A stretch of DNA of 64,000 nucleotides from Candidatus Woesearchaeota archaeon (lineage in GTDB: Archaea > Nanobdellota > Nanobdellia > Woesearchaeales > GW2011-AR9). This document shows positions 1 to 9,537 of this stretch, piece by piece; position 1 is the first letter of the stretch; the number at the start of each line of letters is the position of its first letter. The notes below the pieces were generated by a model. The model had not been told where the DNA came from, searched no databases, and was given only the letters and a program-made list of their open reading frames with translations. The position numbers and the translations under genes were made by a program. The stretch spans positions 29,827-93,826 of the forward strand of contig JABIJM010000002.1 of NCBI GenBank assembly GCA_018655525.1, given 5' to 3'.

Positions 1-2
1 TT

Positions 3-3000
3 GGTAATTATACAAATGATTCCACAGATATTATAGATAATGGGTTAGATTGTCTCGGTGGTAATTGTACGTTTGTTAATTTTGGAAATCTTAAATATTT
101 TTTTAATGCAACAGATGTAGGCAGTTTCTTTGCAAATGCTACAACCATTTCAAATACAGCTCCAAATACTAGAGATTATTTTGTAAATGCTTCATCAACA
201 ACTAATCATACAAATGATAATATTCTTTGTTGGTTTAATGCTACGGATGATGAACATAGCCTTCTAACTGCACATTGGACATGGTACAATACTACTACTG
301 AATATACTAGTGGATCAACTGAGGTAGTTAATAACACACTTGTAAATGTTGCAAATATTACTTCAAGTACTACCAATCGTCTTGATAACTGGACTTGCCA
401 AGTATTTGCTGGTGATGGTGTTAATAATGAAACAGATCAAAGTAATTCTTCCATTTCTATTGTCGATTATACTTGTGAAGACAATATCTCGGAAAGTACT
501 ACTTTATCTTCATCTATCACTGGGTGTACTGCTAATGGACTGAATATTATAGCCAATGATCTTACTTTAGATTGTAACGGTAATACAATCTCTGGAACTG
601 GAAGTAACGGTTTATCAATTGAACATAAAAATAACCTCTCCATTCAAGATTGTACTTTTGCTAATTTTACAAATGGAACTTATTTCAGAAATGTAACTAA
701 TCTCGTAATTAATAATTCAGTGTTCTTCAACCAGACTGAAGGAATTACCATTTATGACAGTGTCAATATTACTATCTCCAATAACAATATTTCAAATACT
801 AGTTATTGGGGAATAAATGTTTGGGATAGTAATGTAACTGCAATTACTGAAAATTATCTTTATAATCTTACAGCAACGGCCTCTTCAACAGCAGGAATTT
901 ATTTAGTAAGAGTTGATAAAGGGCATGTTGACAGTAATAATTTAACTTCCTTAAATTCAATCACTGGAATAGTAAATTTTGATGACACTACCGATATGAC
1001 TAACAATTCTGGAAATGTTACCAATAATAATATTACTCAAGTTAATAATGGAACTGGGCTTGACCTTTATTCACATGAAGGAGAAAATTATCTCTACTCT
1101 GATAATTATATTTTTAATGCAAGTGTTGGTATGGATCTTGATCGTTTTGATTATGGGAACATAACAAGCGGTTTCTTTGACCAAAATACAAAAGCAATTC
1201 GTTTTGACCAATTTTACACAGTTGATATTATTGTTAAAGATAGTACTTTTTACAAGAACACATATGATATACAATCTGATAGTGGACCACATAATAATAT
1301 CACTTTTATAAATTCAACACTAAACCGTTCCACATTCTCTCTTCCTTCAGGAATTACTGCGTATGTAAAAACTGCTGTAACAGTTAATGTAAGTAATCCT
1401 TCAGGTGTTCCAATATCTGGTGCTTCAGTTGAAGTGAAAGATGTAACTGGGTTAATTGGTGATACTCAAACAACAAACTCAGAGGGTTCTTCTACTTTAA
1501 ACGCATTAACCTTTTATCATAATAACCGTATTAATTATCTCGTAAGCCCATCAACATTTACTATTTCTCTGAATAATTATTCACTTAATGTAACTACAAT
1601 CAATTTAATTAATGATACACAAAAAGAACTTAATTTTACAATAAATGCTATTGATTGTGGATCAACTGTTACATCAAATCTTCAAATAGGAGATAATTAT
1701 CTTTGTACTACTGCAGGTCTTCATTTCATTGGAAGTGCTTTTACTTTCTATGGTCAAAGTTACAATCTAACTGGAGAAAATAATGGAGATGGAATTAATC
1801 TAACATCTACGTCAAGTATGGAAATAGAAAATCTACAAGTGGATAATTTCACTAATGGTTTGTTTCTTCATACAACAAATCATTCTATATTTAGAAATCT
1901 TACAATTATCAATAATAGTTATGGGATTGTATTTAATAGATCAAATAATAATAGCATCTATGATAGCATATTAGATAATAATTCTAATTTCGCTGTTGTT
2001 TCAGAGAATGATGGAGCAACAAACAATTCTCTTGTAAATGTCTCTATTGAGCCTGAAAATGTTTCTATCACGGGAGATGCTTCAGTATACTTAAGATGGT
2101 ATGTTGATGTTAATGTTACTTTATCAAGCGGTGTTGCATTACCTAATGCAAATATTCAGGCATTCTTTAATGATAGTACTAATTTAGACCAAAGTGCCAC
2201 AAGTGGATCTGACGGGATTTTTAGAATGGAATTAGCAGAATGGAAAAAGAATAGTACAGATGTATTTTATGTGACTCCTCATAATATAAGTGTTTATTTT
2301 ACATATCAGGGAGTTAATGTTACAAATGAAACGTCAATTAACCTTTCAACAACAAATAATACTGTGGTTCAATTATCACTTGATCTAGATTGTACTGGAC
2401 CAAGTGAAGGATTACAAATATCTAGTGATACAACCTTTTGTCCAGGAACGTTTACTGGTGATATCAATGTTACATCTGATGATTTGACATTAACTTGTGA
2501 TAGTACAACTATTAACCCTTCTTTAACTTCTTCTGAATTATTAGTTATAGATTCCCGTGATAACATTACTGTTGATTCATGTACATGGGGTGATACCACA
2601 TTTGCTGTTCAAATCACAAATTCTACAAATATCACAATTGAAAACAATTCGGCATACACAAGCATTTTTGATTGTGTCAATAGCAGATTAATAACGGTTG
2701 CAAATTCAACGTGGGAACGTGCAAATTTTGAAAGTTGTAATGAATCATTAGCTATTGGAAATGAAATTGGAAGTCCAGTTACTTTTTGGGCAAGTTTTAT
2801 TGATGAGACGTATCACACAGTTTTTAGAAATAATACTTGGAATGATAGTATTAGTGCAATTTCAGTAAGTAGTGGTACAGAACATTACAACACTTCATTT
2901 TATCATAATACATTCAAAAATATTGGAAATATTTATGTAGATATTCAAGGTGGAGGATTTGTACCAAATGAAAATTATGAATGGAATACGACAGTAGGTG

Positions 3001-4229
3001 GGTATCCTCAAGGAAATAACTGGGAGGATTATTGCGATAAAGGGTCAGATACTAATGGTGATGGATTTGCAGATGCTAAATCTACTGGGAATGATGATTG
3101 GCCATTTAATGGTTCTGTTTCCACAATTTTCCGTCCAGGACAATCAATTAACGATTTTGGTCCAGTTTACCAAGTTTGTGTGACAGAAGTAGATGTAGCA
3201 ACAGGTGAAACAACCACTACTTCATCATCAACCTCTTCTACATCAGGAAGTTCAGCCGCTCCTTCAGCTGCAGCAAGTTCTTCATCTGAAGCTGGTCCAT
3301 CAGCTTCTTCCTCTATTTACAATCCTGCCGATACTAGAAAATTTCTTAATTTAGATAGTCAAACATTAGCAGCTGGTGATATTACTCAAGTACAAGTTAC
3401 CTTATCCAACACTGGTACGAAGCGAATGCTGTTAGACCCAGAACTTTTCCAAGATATAGATGACCCATTTTTCCTTGTTACTACAAAAACACTTGGTGGA
3501 AAAGATTCGTTAGCTGCGAAAATCGTCTCTATATTTTTATCCCCAAACCCTATTTCAGGAAGATTGCTTAAAGCAGAAATTGTTAATCCTGAACAAATCA
3601 CTTTAGAACCTGGTCAAACATTAGATAAAACCATAGAAATCAAATCTGGATTATCTGTTCCTAGGCAAATAAAAATTCAATTTGCATCTTCAGGAGAAAC
3701 AGTTAAAGAACAAGAAATTTCAATAAATACGAATGTCCTTACAGGGACAGCAGTTGATCTTGATACAGAAATGAAGACACTTGACCTCTACACGATAATT
3801 GTTTCCGGAGACAAGGCCAGTAAAATTCAATTAAAAGGACCAGAAAATAATGATCCTTCTCCAATCTTAAAAGTTATGAAAAAATCCCTTAATAATTTTC
3901 CGATATTAGGTCAGATTTTTGGTGATAAAGAAAAAATAATCCCAGAAACAATTAAACATTCAAATACTGAGAACACCTTAACTGGTGGTGTAGTTTCAGA
4001 TTTACCTGATGAAGATACAGTATATTATCTTGAAATTAATTTTAATAAAGGTCGCCATACAGAATTTGCTGATGTTTATGGTCCTTATTACTTAAAACCA
4101 GATCAGGTCTTTATCTTTGCACAACAATATCTTTATGAGGACATTAAAGGCGAATATGATATTGTGACTAAAGTATTCAAGGGACAAGATTTAATCATTG
4201 ATGAAGGATTTGATGTTGAGTTCAAATAA
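3..4229 (+). CDS. Large secreted/surface protein, 5'-truncated by the window edge; parallel beta-helix (PbH1/NosD-like) repeats, Ser/Thr/Ala linker, C-terminal globular region
   Basis: Frame 3 is open from position 3 to the stop at 4227-4229. The track start at 720 is internal: upstream, the same frame reads ...ANGLNIIANDLTLDCNGNTISGTGSNGLSIEHKNNLSIQDCTFANFTNG.... It has recurrent ~22-aa N/D-rich beta-helix-like repeats (ITISNNNISNTSYWGINVWDSNV, IFRNLTIINNSYGIVFNRSNNNSIYDS) and dozens of N-x-S/T sequons. A TTTTSSSTSSTSGSSAAPSAAASSSSEAGPSASSS linker is encoded at about 3208-3315. Confidence 0.7.
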   Translation, partial: GNYTNDSTDIIDNGLDCLGGNCTFVNFGNLKYFFNATDVGSFFANATTISNTAPNTRDYFVNASSTTNHTNDNILCWFNATDDEHSLLTAHWTWYNTTTEYTSGSTEVVNNTLVNVANITSSTTNRLDNWTCQVFAGDGVNNETDQSNSSISIVDYTCEDNISESTTLSSSITGCTANGLNIIANDLTLDCNGNTISGTGSNGLSIEHKNNLSIQDCTFANFTNGTYFRNVTNLVINNSVFFNQTEGITIYDSVNITISNNNISNTSYWGINVWDSNVTAITENYLYNLTATASSTAGIYLVRVDKGHVDSNNLTSLNSITGIVNFDDTTDMTNNSGNVTNNNITQVNNGTGLDLYSHEGENYLYSDNYIFNASVGMDLDRFDYGNITSGFFDQNTKAIRFDQFYTVDIIVKDSTFYKNTYDIQSDSGPHNNITFINSTLNRSTFSLPSGITAYVKTAVTVNVSNPSGVPISGASVEVKDVTGLIGDTQTTNSEGSSTLNALTFYHNNRINYLVSPSTFTISLNNYSLNVTTINLINDTQKELNFTINAIDCGSTVTSNLQIGDNYLCTTAGLHFIGSAFTFYGQSYNLTGENNGDGINLTSTSSMEIENLQVDNFTNGLFLHTTNHSIFRNLTIINNSYGIVFNRSNNNSIYDSILDNNSNFAVVSENDGATNNSLVNVSIEPENVSITGDASVYLRWYVDVNVTLSSGVALPNANIQAFFNDSTNLDQSATSGSDGIFRMELAEWKKNSTDVFYVTPHNISVYFTYQGVNVTNETSINLSTTNNTVVQLSLDLDCTGPSEGLQISSDTTFCPGTFTGDINVTSDDLTLTCDSTTINPSLTSSELLVIDSRDNITVDSCTWGDTTFAVQITNSTNITIENNSAYTSIFDCVNSRLITVANSTWERANFESCNESLAIGNEIGSPVTFWASFIDETYHTVFRNNTWNDSISAISVSSGTEHYNTSFYHNTFKNIGNIYVDIQGGGFVPNENYEWNTTVGGYPQGNNWEDYCDKGSDTNGDGFADAKSTGNDDWPFNGSVSTIFRPGQSINDFGPVYQVCVTEVDVATGETTTTSSSTSSTSGSSAAPSAAASSSSEAGPSASSSIYNPADTRKFLNLDSQTLAAGDITQVQVTLSNTGTKRMLLDPELFQDIDDPFFLVTTKTLGGKDSLAAKIVSIFLSPNPISGRLLKAEIVNPEQITLEPGQTLDKTIEIKSGLSVPRQIKIQFASSGETVKEQEISINTNVLTGTAVDLDTEMKTLDLYTIIVSGDKASKIQLKGPENNDPSPILKVMKKSLNNFPILGQIFGDKEKIIPETIKHSNTENTLTGGVVSDLPDEDTVYYLEINFNKGRHTEFADVYGPYYLKPDQVFIFAQQYLYEDIKGEYDIVTKVFKGQDLIIDEGFDVEFK

Positions 4230-4266
4230 CCATTAACTTTTTATATAATAGAATGTCATAAAACAT

Positions 4267-5343
4267 ATGAAATTTGTATATTTAACTGAAGGATCGCGTG
4301 TCTTTATAAACTCATTAAAATCACGTATCTATCAAAAGAAATACAAAGGAAATGCTCAAGATATCTGTAAAAAAGTCATAGAAGATTGTTGGAATGATCG
4401 TTATTTCCAAACTTCTTCTGGTCATTTTAGACAATTCTGGACACGAGATTTTGGATGGTGCGTTTCATCTTTAATGCAACTTGATTATGAGAAACAAGTT
4501 CATCAAACAATCCGATATGCATTAAATAGATTCAAACAATCTAATAAAATCACAACAACCATCACACCTAGGGGAAAACCATTTGATTTTCCTAAATTAG
4601 GTGTTGATTCTCTTCCTTGGTTTATTCATGCAATTAAAGTTTCTAAATTTCCTTATTACGAACATAAAGATTTCCTTAATAAAGAAATCATTAAGTATTA
4701 TAAAAAAGTAATAAATGAAGAATCTGGTCTAGTAAAACCAGATGACCATTTCTCTTCCATGAAAGATCTTGCAGTCAGAAAAAGTTCCTGTTATGATAAT
4801 ACCATGGTCGGAATGCTCGCAGAACATTTGAAATCATTGAAATTAATCAATCCATTTGAGAAGTTCAATTATCCAGACATTATTAAACGACATTTCTGGA
4901 ATGGAGAATATTTCTTTGATGATCTCTCTAAAAAAGATTATGTTGCAGGAGATGCTAACATTTTTCCATTCCTTACAGGATTAATTAAAGACCACGAAAT
5001 GTTAGAGAAATCCCTTCAAAAAATTGAAGAAAAAGAATTAGATAAACCATTTCCATTGAAATATACTGCTTCTAGAGAACATATCACATTCATCTGGGAA
5101 GAATTCTTCAATAAAGATTATGAAAGTACTGCATTATGGCAGCACATGGGCCCATTATACGTCCGTCTCGTGAAACAAGTAAATCCAGATAAAGGAAACA
5201 TCCTTATGAAAAATTATCTCACATTGATTGAAAAACACAAGAATGTTCTTGAAGTATTTTCAGAGAATGGCAAACCACATAAGACACCATTTTACTACTG
5301 TGATTCTGGAATGTTATGGGCTGCTAATTATTTGACACTCTAA
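4267..5343 (+). CDS. Hypothetical protein, possibly an (alpha/alpha)6-barrel glycoside-hydrolase-like enzyme
   Basis: 358-aa ORF in AT-rich DNA, where random ORFs are short. The FWTRDFGW motif and aromatic-rich helical segments resemble GH15/GH63/debranching-type catalytic toroids. The assignment is by eye only. Confidence 0.35.
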   Translation: MKFVYLTEGSRVFINSLKSRIYQKKYKGNAQDICKKVIEDCWNDRYFQTSSGHFRQFWTRDFGWCVSSLMQLDYEKQVHQTIRYALNRFKQSNKITTTITPRGKPFDFPKLGVDSLPWFIHAIKVSKFPYYEHKDFLNKEIIKYYKKVINEESGLVKPDDHFSSMKDLAVRKSSCYDNTMVGMLAEHLKSLKLINPFEKFNYPDIIKRHFWNGEYFFDDLSKKDYVAGDANIFPFLTGLIKDHEMLEKSLQKIEEKELDKPFPLKYTASREHITFIWEEFFNKDYESTALWQHMGPLYVRLVKQVNPDKGNILMKNYLTLIEKHKNVLEVFSENGKPHKTPFYYCDSGMLWAANYLTL

Positions 5344-5400
5344 CATCTATTCTCAACAATAACAATACATTAAAATACCTTACTGTCTTTTCAAATACAG

Positions 5401-6093
5401 GTGGTTCCAGCAATATCAATAGTTATTCCAGCACATAACGAAGAAAATTATATTCGTCAGACTTTACATTCTCTTAAAAATCAATCATTTCAAGATTTTG
5501 AAGTTATTGTAGTAGCTAATGGGTGCGTGGATAAAACAGAAGAAATTGTCAGAAAAAGAGAAAGTGAAAAATTCAAATTATTTTCTATGTCTCAAGCAAA
5601 TGTCAGTCGTGCACGAAATTATGGCGCAGATAAATCAGAATCTGAAATACTTCTTTTTTTAGATGCAGACACAACCTTAGAACAAGATGCACTCCATAAA
5701 ATTCATTCTAACTTCTCAGACCAACATACAATCCTAACTACAAAAAGCAAACCAGATAAGAACAACCTTTCATTTAAGATTGCATTTGGACTTAAGAATC
5801 TTTATGCATCTACTGGATTGTATAAAGCATGTAGTGGTGCTTTAGTATGTCGGAAATCAGATTTTGAAAAAATCAATGGATATAACCCAGAAATAATTGT
5901 AAGAGAACACCACAACTTAATATCTGAACTAAATAAACTCGGAAAATATCATTGTCTTGATACGACCGTTACTAATTCAACACGACGTTATGAACAATGG
6001 GGTGTAAGTAAATCAGTATTATTCTGGACCAAACAATGGTTTACTGAGAAATTTGGCGATTTGAAAAAGTCAGAGTATGAGAAAGTACGGTAG
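5401..6093 (+). CDS. Family 2 glycosyltransferase (GT-A fold)
   Basis: GTG start. It has the N-terminal ISIVIPAHNEENYI...SLKNQSFQDFEVIVVANGCVD signature and an LFLDADT (DxD) motif. Confidence 0.8.
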   Translation: MVPAISIVIPAHNEENYIRQTLHSLKNQSFQDFEVIVVANGCVDKTEEIVRKRESEKFKLFSMSQANVSRARNYGADKSESEILLFLDADTTLEQDALHKIHSNFSDQHTILTTKSKPDKNNLSFKIAFGLKNLYASTGLYKACSGALVCRKSDFEKINGYNPEIIVREHHNLISELNKLGKYHCLDTTVTNSTRRYEQWGVSKSVLFWTKQWFTEKFGDLKKSEYEKVR

Positions 6094-6123
6094 ATTTATT
6101 AATAACTATATATTAAAAATACC

Positions 6124-6684
6124 ATGATCATCACAATCTCAGGAAACCCAGGAAGCGGGAAATCAACAGTTGCAAAGATTCTTATTAAAAAATTGAATGC
6201 GAAACGCATTTATGTTGGTGGTATTAGAAGAGAGCTTGCAAGAGAAAAAGGCATGACTATGGAAGAGCTTAACGAATATGCACTTACACATTCAGAAACA
6301 GATATTATTGTTGATGAGAAAGCTGCTAAAGATGCAAGAGCATTAACTGGAACAGTTATCGCTGAAGGACGTGTCATGTTCCATTTCATTCCTGAATCTA
6401 TTAAAATCTACGTCAAAGTAGATCCAGACGTTGGAGCAGAACGTATTTGGAAAGATCTCCAAAAACAAGAACTTGTTGATCAAAGAAACGAAGGAAAGAT
6501 AGAATCATTAGAACAACTGAAACAGAGTGTGAGACAACGTGAAGAAAATGATTCTCAAAGGTATAAAAAATATTATGATGTAGATCAACGAGATGAAGCG
6601 AATTATGATTTTGTCGTAGATTCAACGATTCCAACAGCTGAAGAAGTCGCGGATAAAATTATTGAATTTGTTGAAAGTAAATAA
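6124..6684 (+). CDS. cmk: Archaeal-type cytidylate (CMP) kinase
   Basis: P-loop ITISGNPGSGKSTVAKIL. It also has GGIRRELAREKGMTMEELNEY, TDIIVDEK and VIAEGRV segments typical of archaeal CMP kinases, and is about 186 aa. Confidence 0.7.
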   Translation: MIITISGNPGSGKSTVAKILIKKLNAKRIYVGGIRRELAREKGMTMEELNEYALTHSETDIIVDEKAAKDARALTGTVIAEGRVMFHFIPESIKIYVKVDPDVGAERIWKDLQKQELVDQRNEGKIESLEQLKQSVRQREENDSQRYKKYYDVDQRDEANYDFVVDSTIPTAEEVADKIIEFVESK

Positions 6685-6704
6685 TCCAATTTTTGTGAGT
6701 TACC

Positions 6705-6712
6705 TTTATAAA
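6705..6712 (+). promoter_or_regulatory. TATA box (TTTATAAA), 22 nt before the ATG at 6735
   Basis: Exact archaeal TATA consensus. The spacing implies a leaderless or near-leaderless mRNA. Confidence 0.55.
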
Positions 6713-6734
6713 AAATCCTCCTAATTTAGGTATT

Positions 6735-7082
6735 ATGACAGATTATGAAGTAATTATCCATGAAGGATCAAAAGCATCCTTAGAGGATTTAACAGGAGAG
6801 AAATTTGAAACAGTTTTTGATCAAGCTTTTCCCAATCAAAAAATACCCTTGAAAGTAGATACAACTAAATGGGATGAAGCGTGTATTAATTTTGAAGATG
6901 TTGAGTATGCTTTAAAGGGAATTGCAGATCTATCAGGTCCAAGAAGATATGACGCTCTTGTTCATGTAACATATCATCCTGACTTTTCACTTCTTGCTGG
7001 AGCTTTAATAGACCCATCTAAGGCATACAATCCTGTTCACCTTCATGGTTCAGGAATCGCAGTTCGTAGAATTAAACCTTAG
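6735..7082 (+). CDS. Hypothetical protein
   Basis: 115-aa ORF. A TTTATAAA box at 6705-6712 ends 22 nt upstream of the ATG. Confidence 0.5.
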   Translation: MTDYEVIIHEGSKASLEDLTGEKFETVFDQAFPNQKIPLKVDTTKWDEACINFEDVEYALKGIADLSGPRRYDALVHVTYHPDFSLLAGALIDPSKAYNPVHLHGSGIAVRRIKP

Positions 7083-7131
7083 GTCACCAACAACAAACCT
7101 TATAAATATCCTTTCTTCTCTCACATAAATC

Positions 7132-7791
7132 ATGGAAAAGATTCAAAATAAAGATTTCATTGAAATTGATTACACTGGAAGGTTAGAAGATGGTACAATC
7201 TTTGACACCACAAAAGAAAAAGCAGCTGATGACGCTAAAATACCTCACAATCATAATAACTTAAAACCCGCAATCATTTGCGTAGGTGAAAAGCAACTTC
7301 TCCCAGGATTAGATAAGGGATTAGAAGGACAAGAAGTTGGAAAAGAATTCTTATTAACATTACAACCAGAAGATGCATTTGGAAAACGAGATGTGAAAAA
7401 CGTTGAAATGATGCCACTATCTGTATTCAAAGAACATAAAATGCAACCTAGACCAGGATTACAATTTGATGCTGATGGAAGGCGAGGAGTTATTACAAAA
7501 GTTGCAGGTGGAAGAGTAATTGTAAACTTTAATCATCCATTAGCAGGAAAAACAGTTGTTTACACATGTACAATCAACAAGAAAATCACAGATATAAAAG
7601 AACAAATTGAATCATTCTTATCTACAACCTTACGGATTGGAAGAGAACATATGGTAGCTTCTATTACTGAAGGAAAAGCAAATGTAGAATTACCTCTACA
7701 ACTTCCACCACAATTCACAGGCGCGTTAACAGAAAAATTGAAAGAACTTACGAAGGTTGATGTAGAATTTAAAGTCAAAGTTAATAACTAA
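7132..7791 (+). CDS. FKBP-type peptidyl-prolyl cis-trans isomerase (long archaeal type)
   Basis: FIEIDYTGRLEDGTIFDTT, LLPGLDKGLEGQEVGKE and VNFNHPLAGKT motifs, plus a C-terminal extension. Confidence 0.8.
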   Translation: MEKIQNKDFIEIDYTGRLEDGTIFDTTKEKAADDAKIPHNHNNLKPAIICVGEKQLLPGLDKGLEGQEVGKEFLLTLQPEDAFGKRDVKNVEMMPLSVFKEHKMQPRPGLQFDADGRRGVITKVAGGRVIVNFNHPLAGKTVVYTCTINKKITDIKEQIESFLSTTLRIGREHMVASITEGKANVELPLQLPPQFTGALTEKLKELTKVDVEFKVKVNN

Positions 7792-7824
7792 TCTCTAAAA
7801 CCACACCTTTCCAGTTTAACAATC

Positions 7825-7832
7825 TTTATAAA
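7825..7832 (+). promoter_or_regulatory. TATA box upstream of ftsZ (leadered, with an AAGGTG SD)
   Basis: TTTATAAA lies 42 nt before the ATG at 7875, and AAGGTG lies at 7864-7869. Confidence 0.5.
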
Positions 7833-7874
7833 TCTGATTCTTCTCAAAATCGTATTAAAAAAGAAGGTGTAAAT

Positions 7875-9014
7875 ATGGAAGACAATTCTGAACAATATCA
7901 ACAAGAACATCAACCTCAACAGGTACATATTCATCAAACGAAAGAAGTATCACATAATAACGTATCATCTGATGTAGATGAAGAGCTCCAAAGACTTATT
8001 GATAACCAAAAAACAAGAATTAAAGTAATTGGTTGCGGTGGTGCAGGTAACAATACTATTAACCGGATTTCTCAAGTTGGAATTAAAGGATTAGAAACAA
8101 TTGCAATTAATACGGATGCACAGGATTTATTATACACAACTGCAGATAAAAAACTTCTCATTGGAAAAGATTTGACAAAAGGTTTAGGTGCAGGATCAAA
8201 TCCTAAAGTTGGAGAAGAATCTTGTAAAGAAAACGATAAAGAATTGAAAGCATTATTAGAAGGTTCAGATATGATTTTCATCACGTGCGGTTTAGGTGGT
8301 GGAACCGGAACTGGTAGTGCACCATACATGGCACATCTTGCAAAAACTATGGGGATTTTAAGTGTTGCAATTGTAACAATTCCATTCACAATGGAGGGGT
8401 CTCATAGATATGAAAACGCATTAATAGGATTAGAAAAATTAGAACAAAGTATTAACACATTAATTGTCATTCCGAACGAAAAATTATTAGAAATGGCACC
8501 ACATTTACCTCTACAAACAGCATTCAAAGTTGCAGATGAAATTCTTACAAATGCCGTTAAAGGAATCGCAGAATTAGTGACAAAAACTGGATTAGTAAAT
8601 CTTGATTTTGCAGACGTAAAAGCAATCATGGGAGAAGGTGGTGTTGCAATGATTGGTGTAGGAGAATCAGATTCAGAAAAAAGAGCTGAAGAATCAGTTC
8701 AAAGAGCAATTGATAACCCATTAATTGATGTAGATATCTCTGATGCAACCGGTGCATTAATTAATATTTCTGGTGGAGAATCTTTAACTCTAGATGAATC
8801 ACGTCAAATCGTTGAAACTGTTTCTGAAGCATTAGACCCTAAAGCAAAAATTATTTGGGGTGCACAAATTTACAAAGATTTAGAAAAAACTATTCGTACC
8901 ATGTTGATTGTAACAGGTGTAAGTTCTGAACAAATCTTTGGAGAAGCACATCAACTTGGTGAGCTTAAGAAAAGTGCAACAGAATCAGAATTAGGCATAG
9001 AATTTATGGATTAA
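7875..9014 (+). CDS. ftsZ: Cell division protein FtsZ
   Basis: IKVIGCGGAGNNTINR, the GLGGGTGTGSAPY tubulin signature, and NTDAQDL. AAGGTG lies upstream of the ATG. Confidence 0.95.
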   Translation: MEDNSEQYQQEHQPQQVHIHQTKEVSHNNVSSDVDEELQRLIDNQKTRIKVIGCGGAGNNTINRISQVGIKGLETIAINTDAQDLLYTTADKKLLIGKDLTKGLGAGSNPKVGEESCKENDKELKALLEGSDMIFITCGLGGGTGTGSAPYMAHLAKTMGILSVAIVTIPFTMEGSHRYENALIGLEKLEQSINTLIVIPNEKLLEMAPHLPLQTAFKVADEILTNAVKGIAELVTKTGLVNLDFADVKAIMGEGGVAMIGVGESDSEKRAEESVQRAIDNPLIDVDISDATGALINISGGESLTLDESRQIVETVSEALDPKAKIIWGAQIYKDLEKTIRTMLIVTGVSSEQIFGEAHQLGELKKSATESELGIEFMD

Positions 9015-9310
9015 TTACTCAAAATTCTCTCATATAATGTTTTTGCATTCAGAATCCCTTTACGTTGTCTTTCTGTATGGGTAGGAAGCAACTCCCCGTT
9101 AAATGGATTAATACCATTTAATTGTTGATCCACGATTCCTAATTGTGCTTCAACCATTTCTTTAAAACGAAGTTCACCTATTTTAAAAGCAAGTCCACGT
9201 AATGCATTCATATCAAGTGGAATATATTCTAATACATGATTTTTAGGTAAAAATAATCCCATTGGATTTTCATAAGAAATAGATTTAGAAAAAAAATATC
9301 CTTCAGGCAT
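9011..9310 (-). CDS. Hypothetical protein (last gene of the rpoE'-spt4-rps24e-rps27ae transcription unit)
   Basis: 99-aa ORF lying 3 nt downstream of rps27ae. Its 3' end overlaps the ftsZ stop by 4 nt. Confidence 0.45.
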   Translation of the reverse strand: MPEGYFFSKSISYENPMGLFLPKNHVLEYIPLDMNALRGLAFKIGELRFKEMVEAQLGIVDQQLNGINPFNGELLPTHTERQRKGILNAKTLYERILSN

Positions 9311-9313
9311 AGT

Positions 9314-9532
9314 TTACTCTTCTTGTTTTTTAGATTTAAATTCAGTATAACCTGTTTTTCCACAGACTGTTCTATTTTTATGAACTGCCATGAAATCACC
9401 TTTAGATTTTGGTGAGAACGGATTTTTACGTACTAATTTGTCACCTTGAACCTCGTAACACTTCCATATTTGTGTTGGTTTTTTAGGTGTTCGTGCTTTT
9501 TTTCCGCCGCTTCCTTTTCCTTTCTTTGCCAT
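9314..9532 (-). CDS. rps27ae: Ribosomal protein eS31 (S27ae), Cys-depleted zinc-ribbon variant
   Basis: YEVQGDKLVRKNPFSPKSKGDFMAVHKNRTVCGKTGYTEF aligns with the archaeal S27ae core (K-x-CPxCG-x-FMAxHxDRxxCGKCGYT). The gene keeps the conserved position after rps24e. Confidence 0.75.
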   Translation of the reverse strand: MAKKGKGSGGKKARTPKKPTQIWKCYEVQGDKLVRKNPFSPKSKGDFMAVHKNRTVCGKTGYTEFKSKKQEE

Positions 9533-9537
9533 TGTAA

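Noticed and set aside
720-722. Track start codon (GTG at 720) for the 1169-aa surface protein.
   Set aside because: The same reading frame is open from position 3 and encodes the same repeat type upstream. The gene is therefore truncated by the window edge and 720 is not the start.
346-3601. Short ORFs inside or antisense to the surface-protein gene (346-543, 1071-1292, 2369-2599, 2998-3183, 3386-3601).
   Set aside because: They are embedded in a much longer, repeat-consistent frame. They have hydrophobic or low-complexity translations typical of off-frame readings.
8072-8629. Minus-strand ORFs inside ftsZ.
   Set aside because: They are antisense to an unambiguous FtsZ coding frame.
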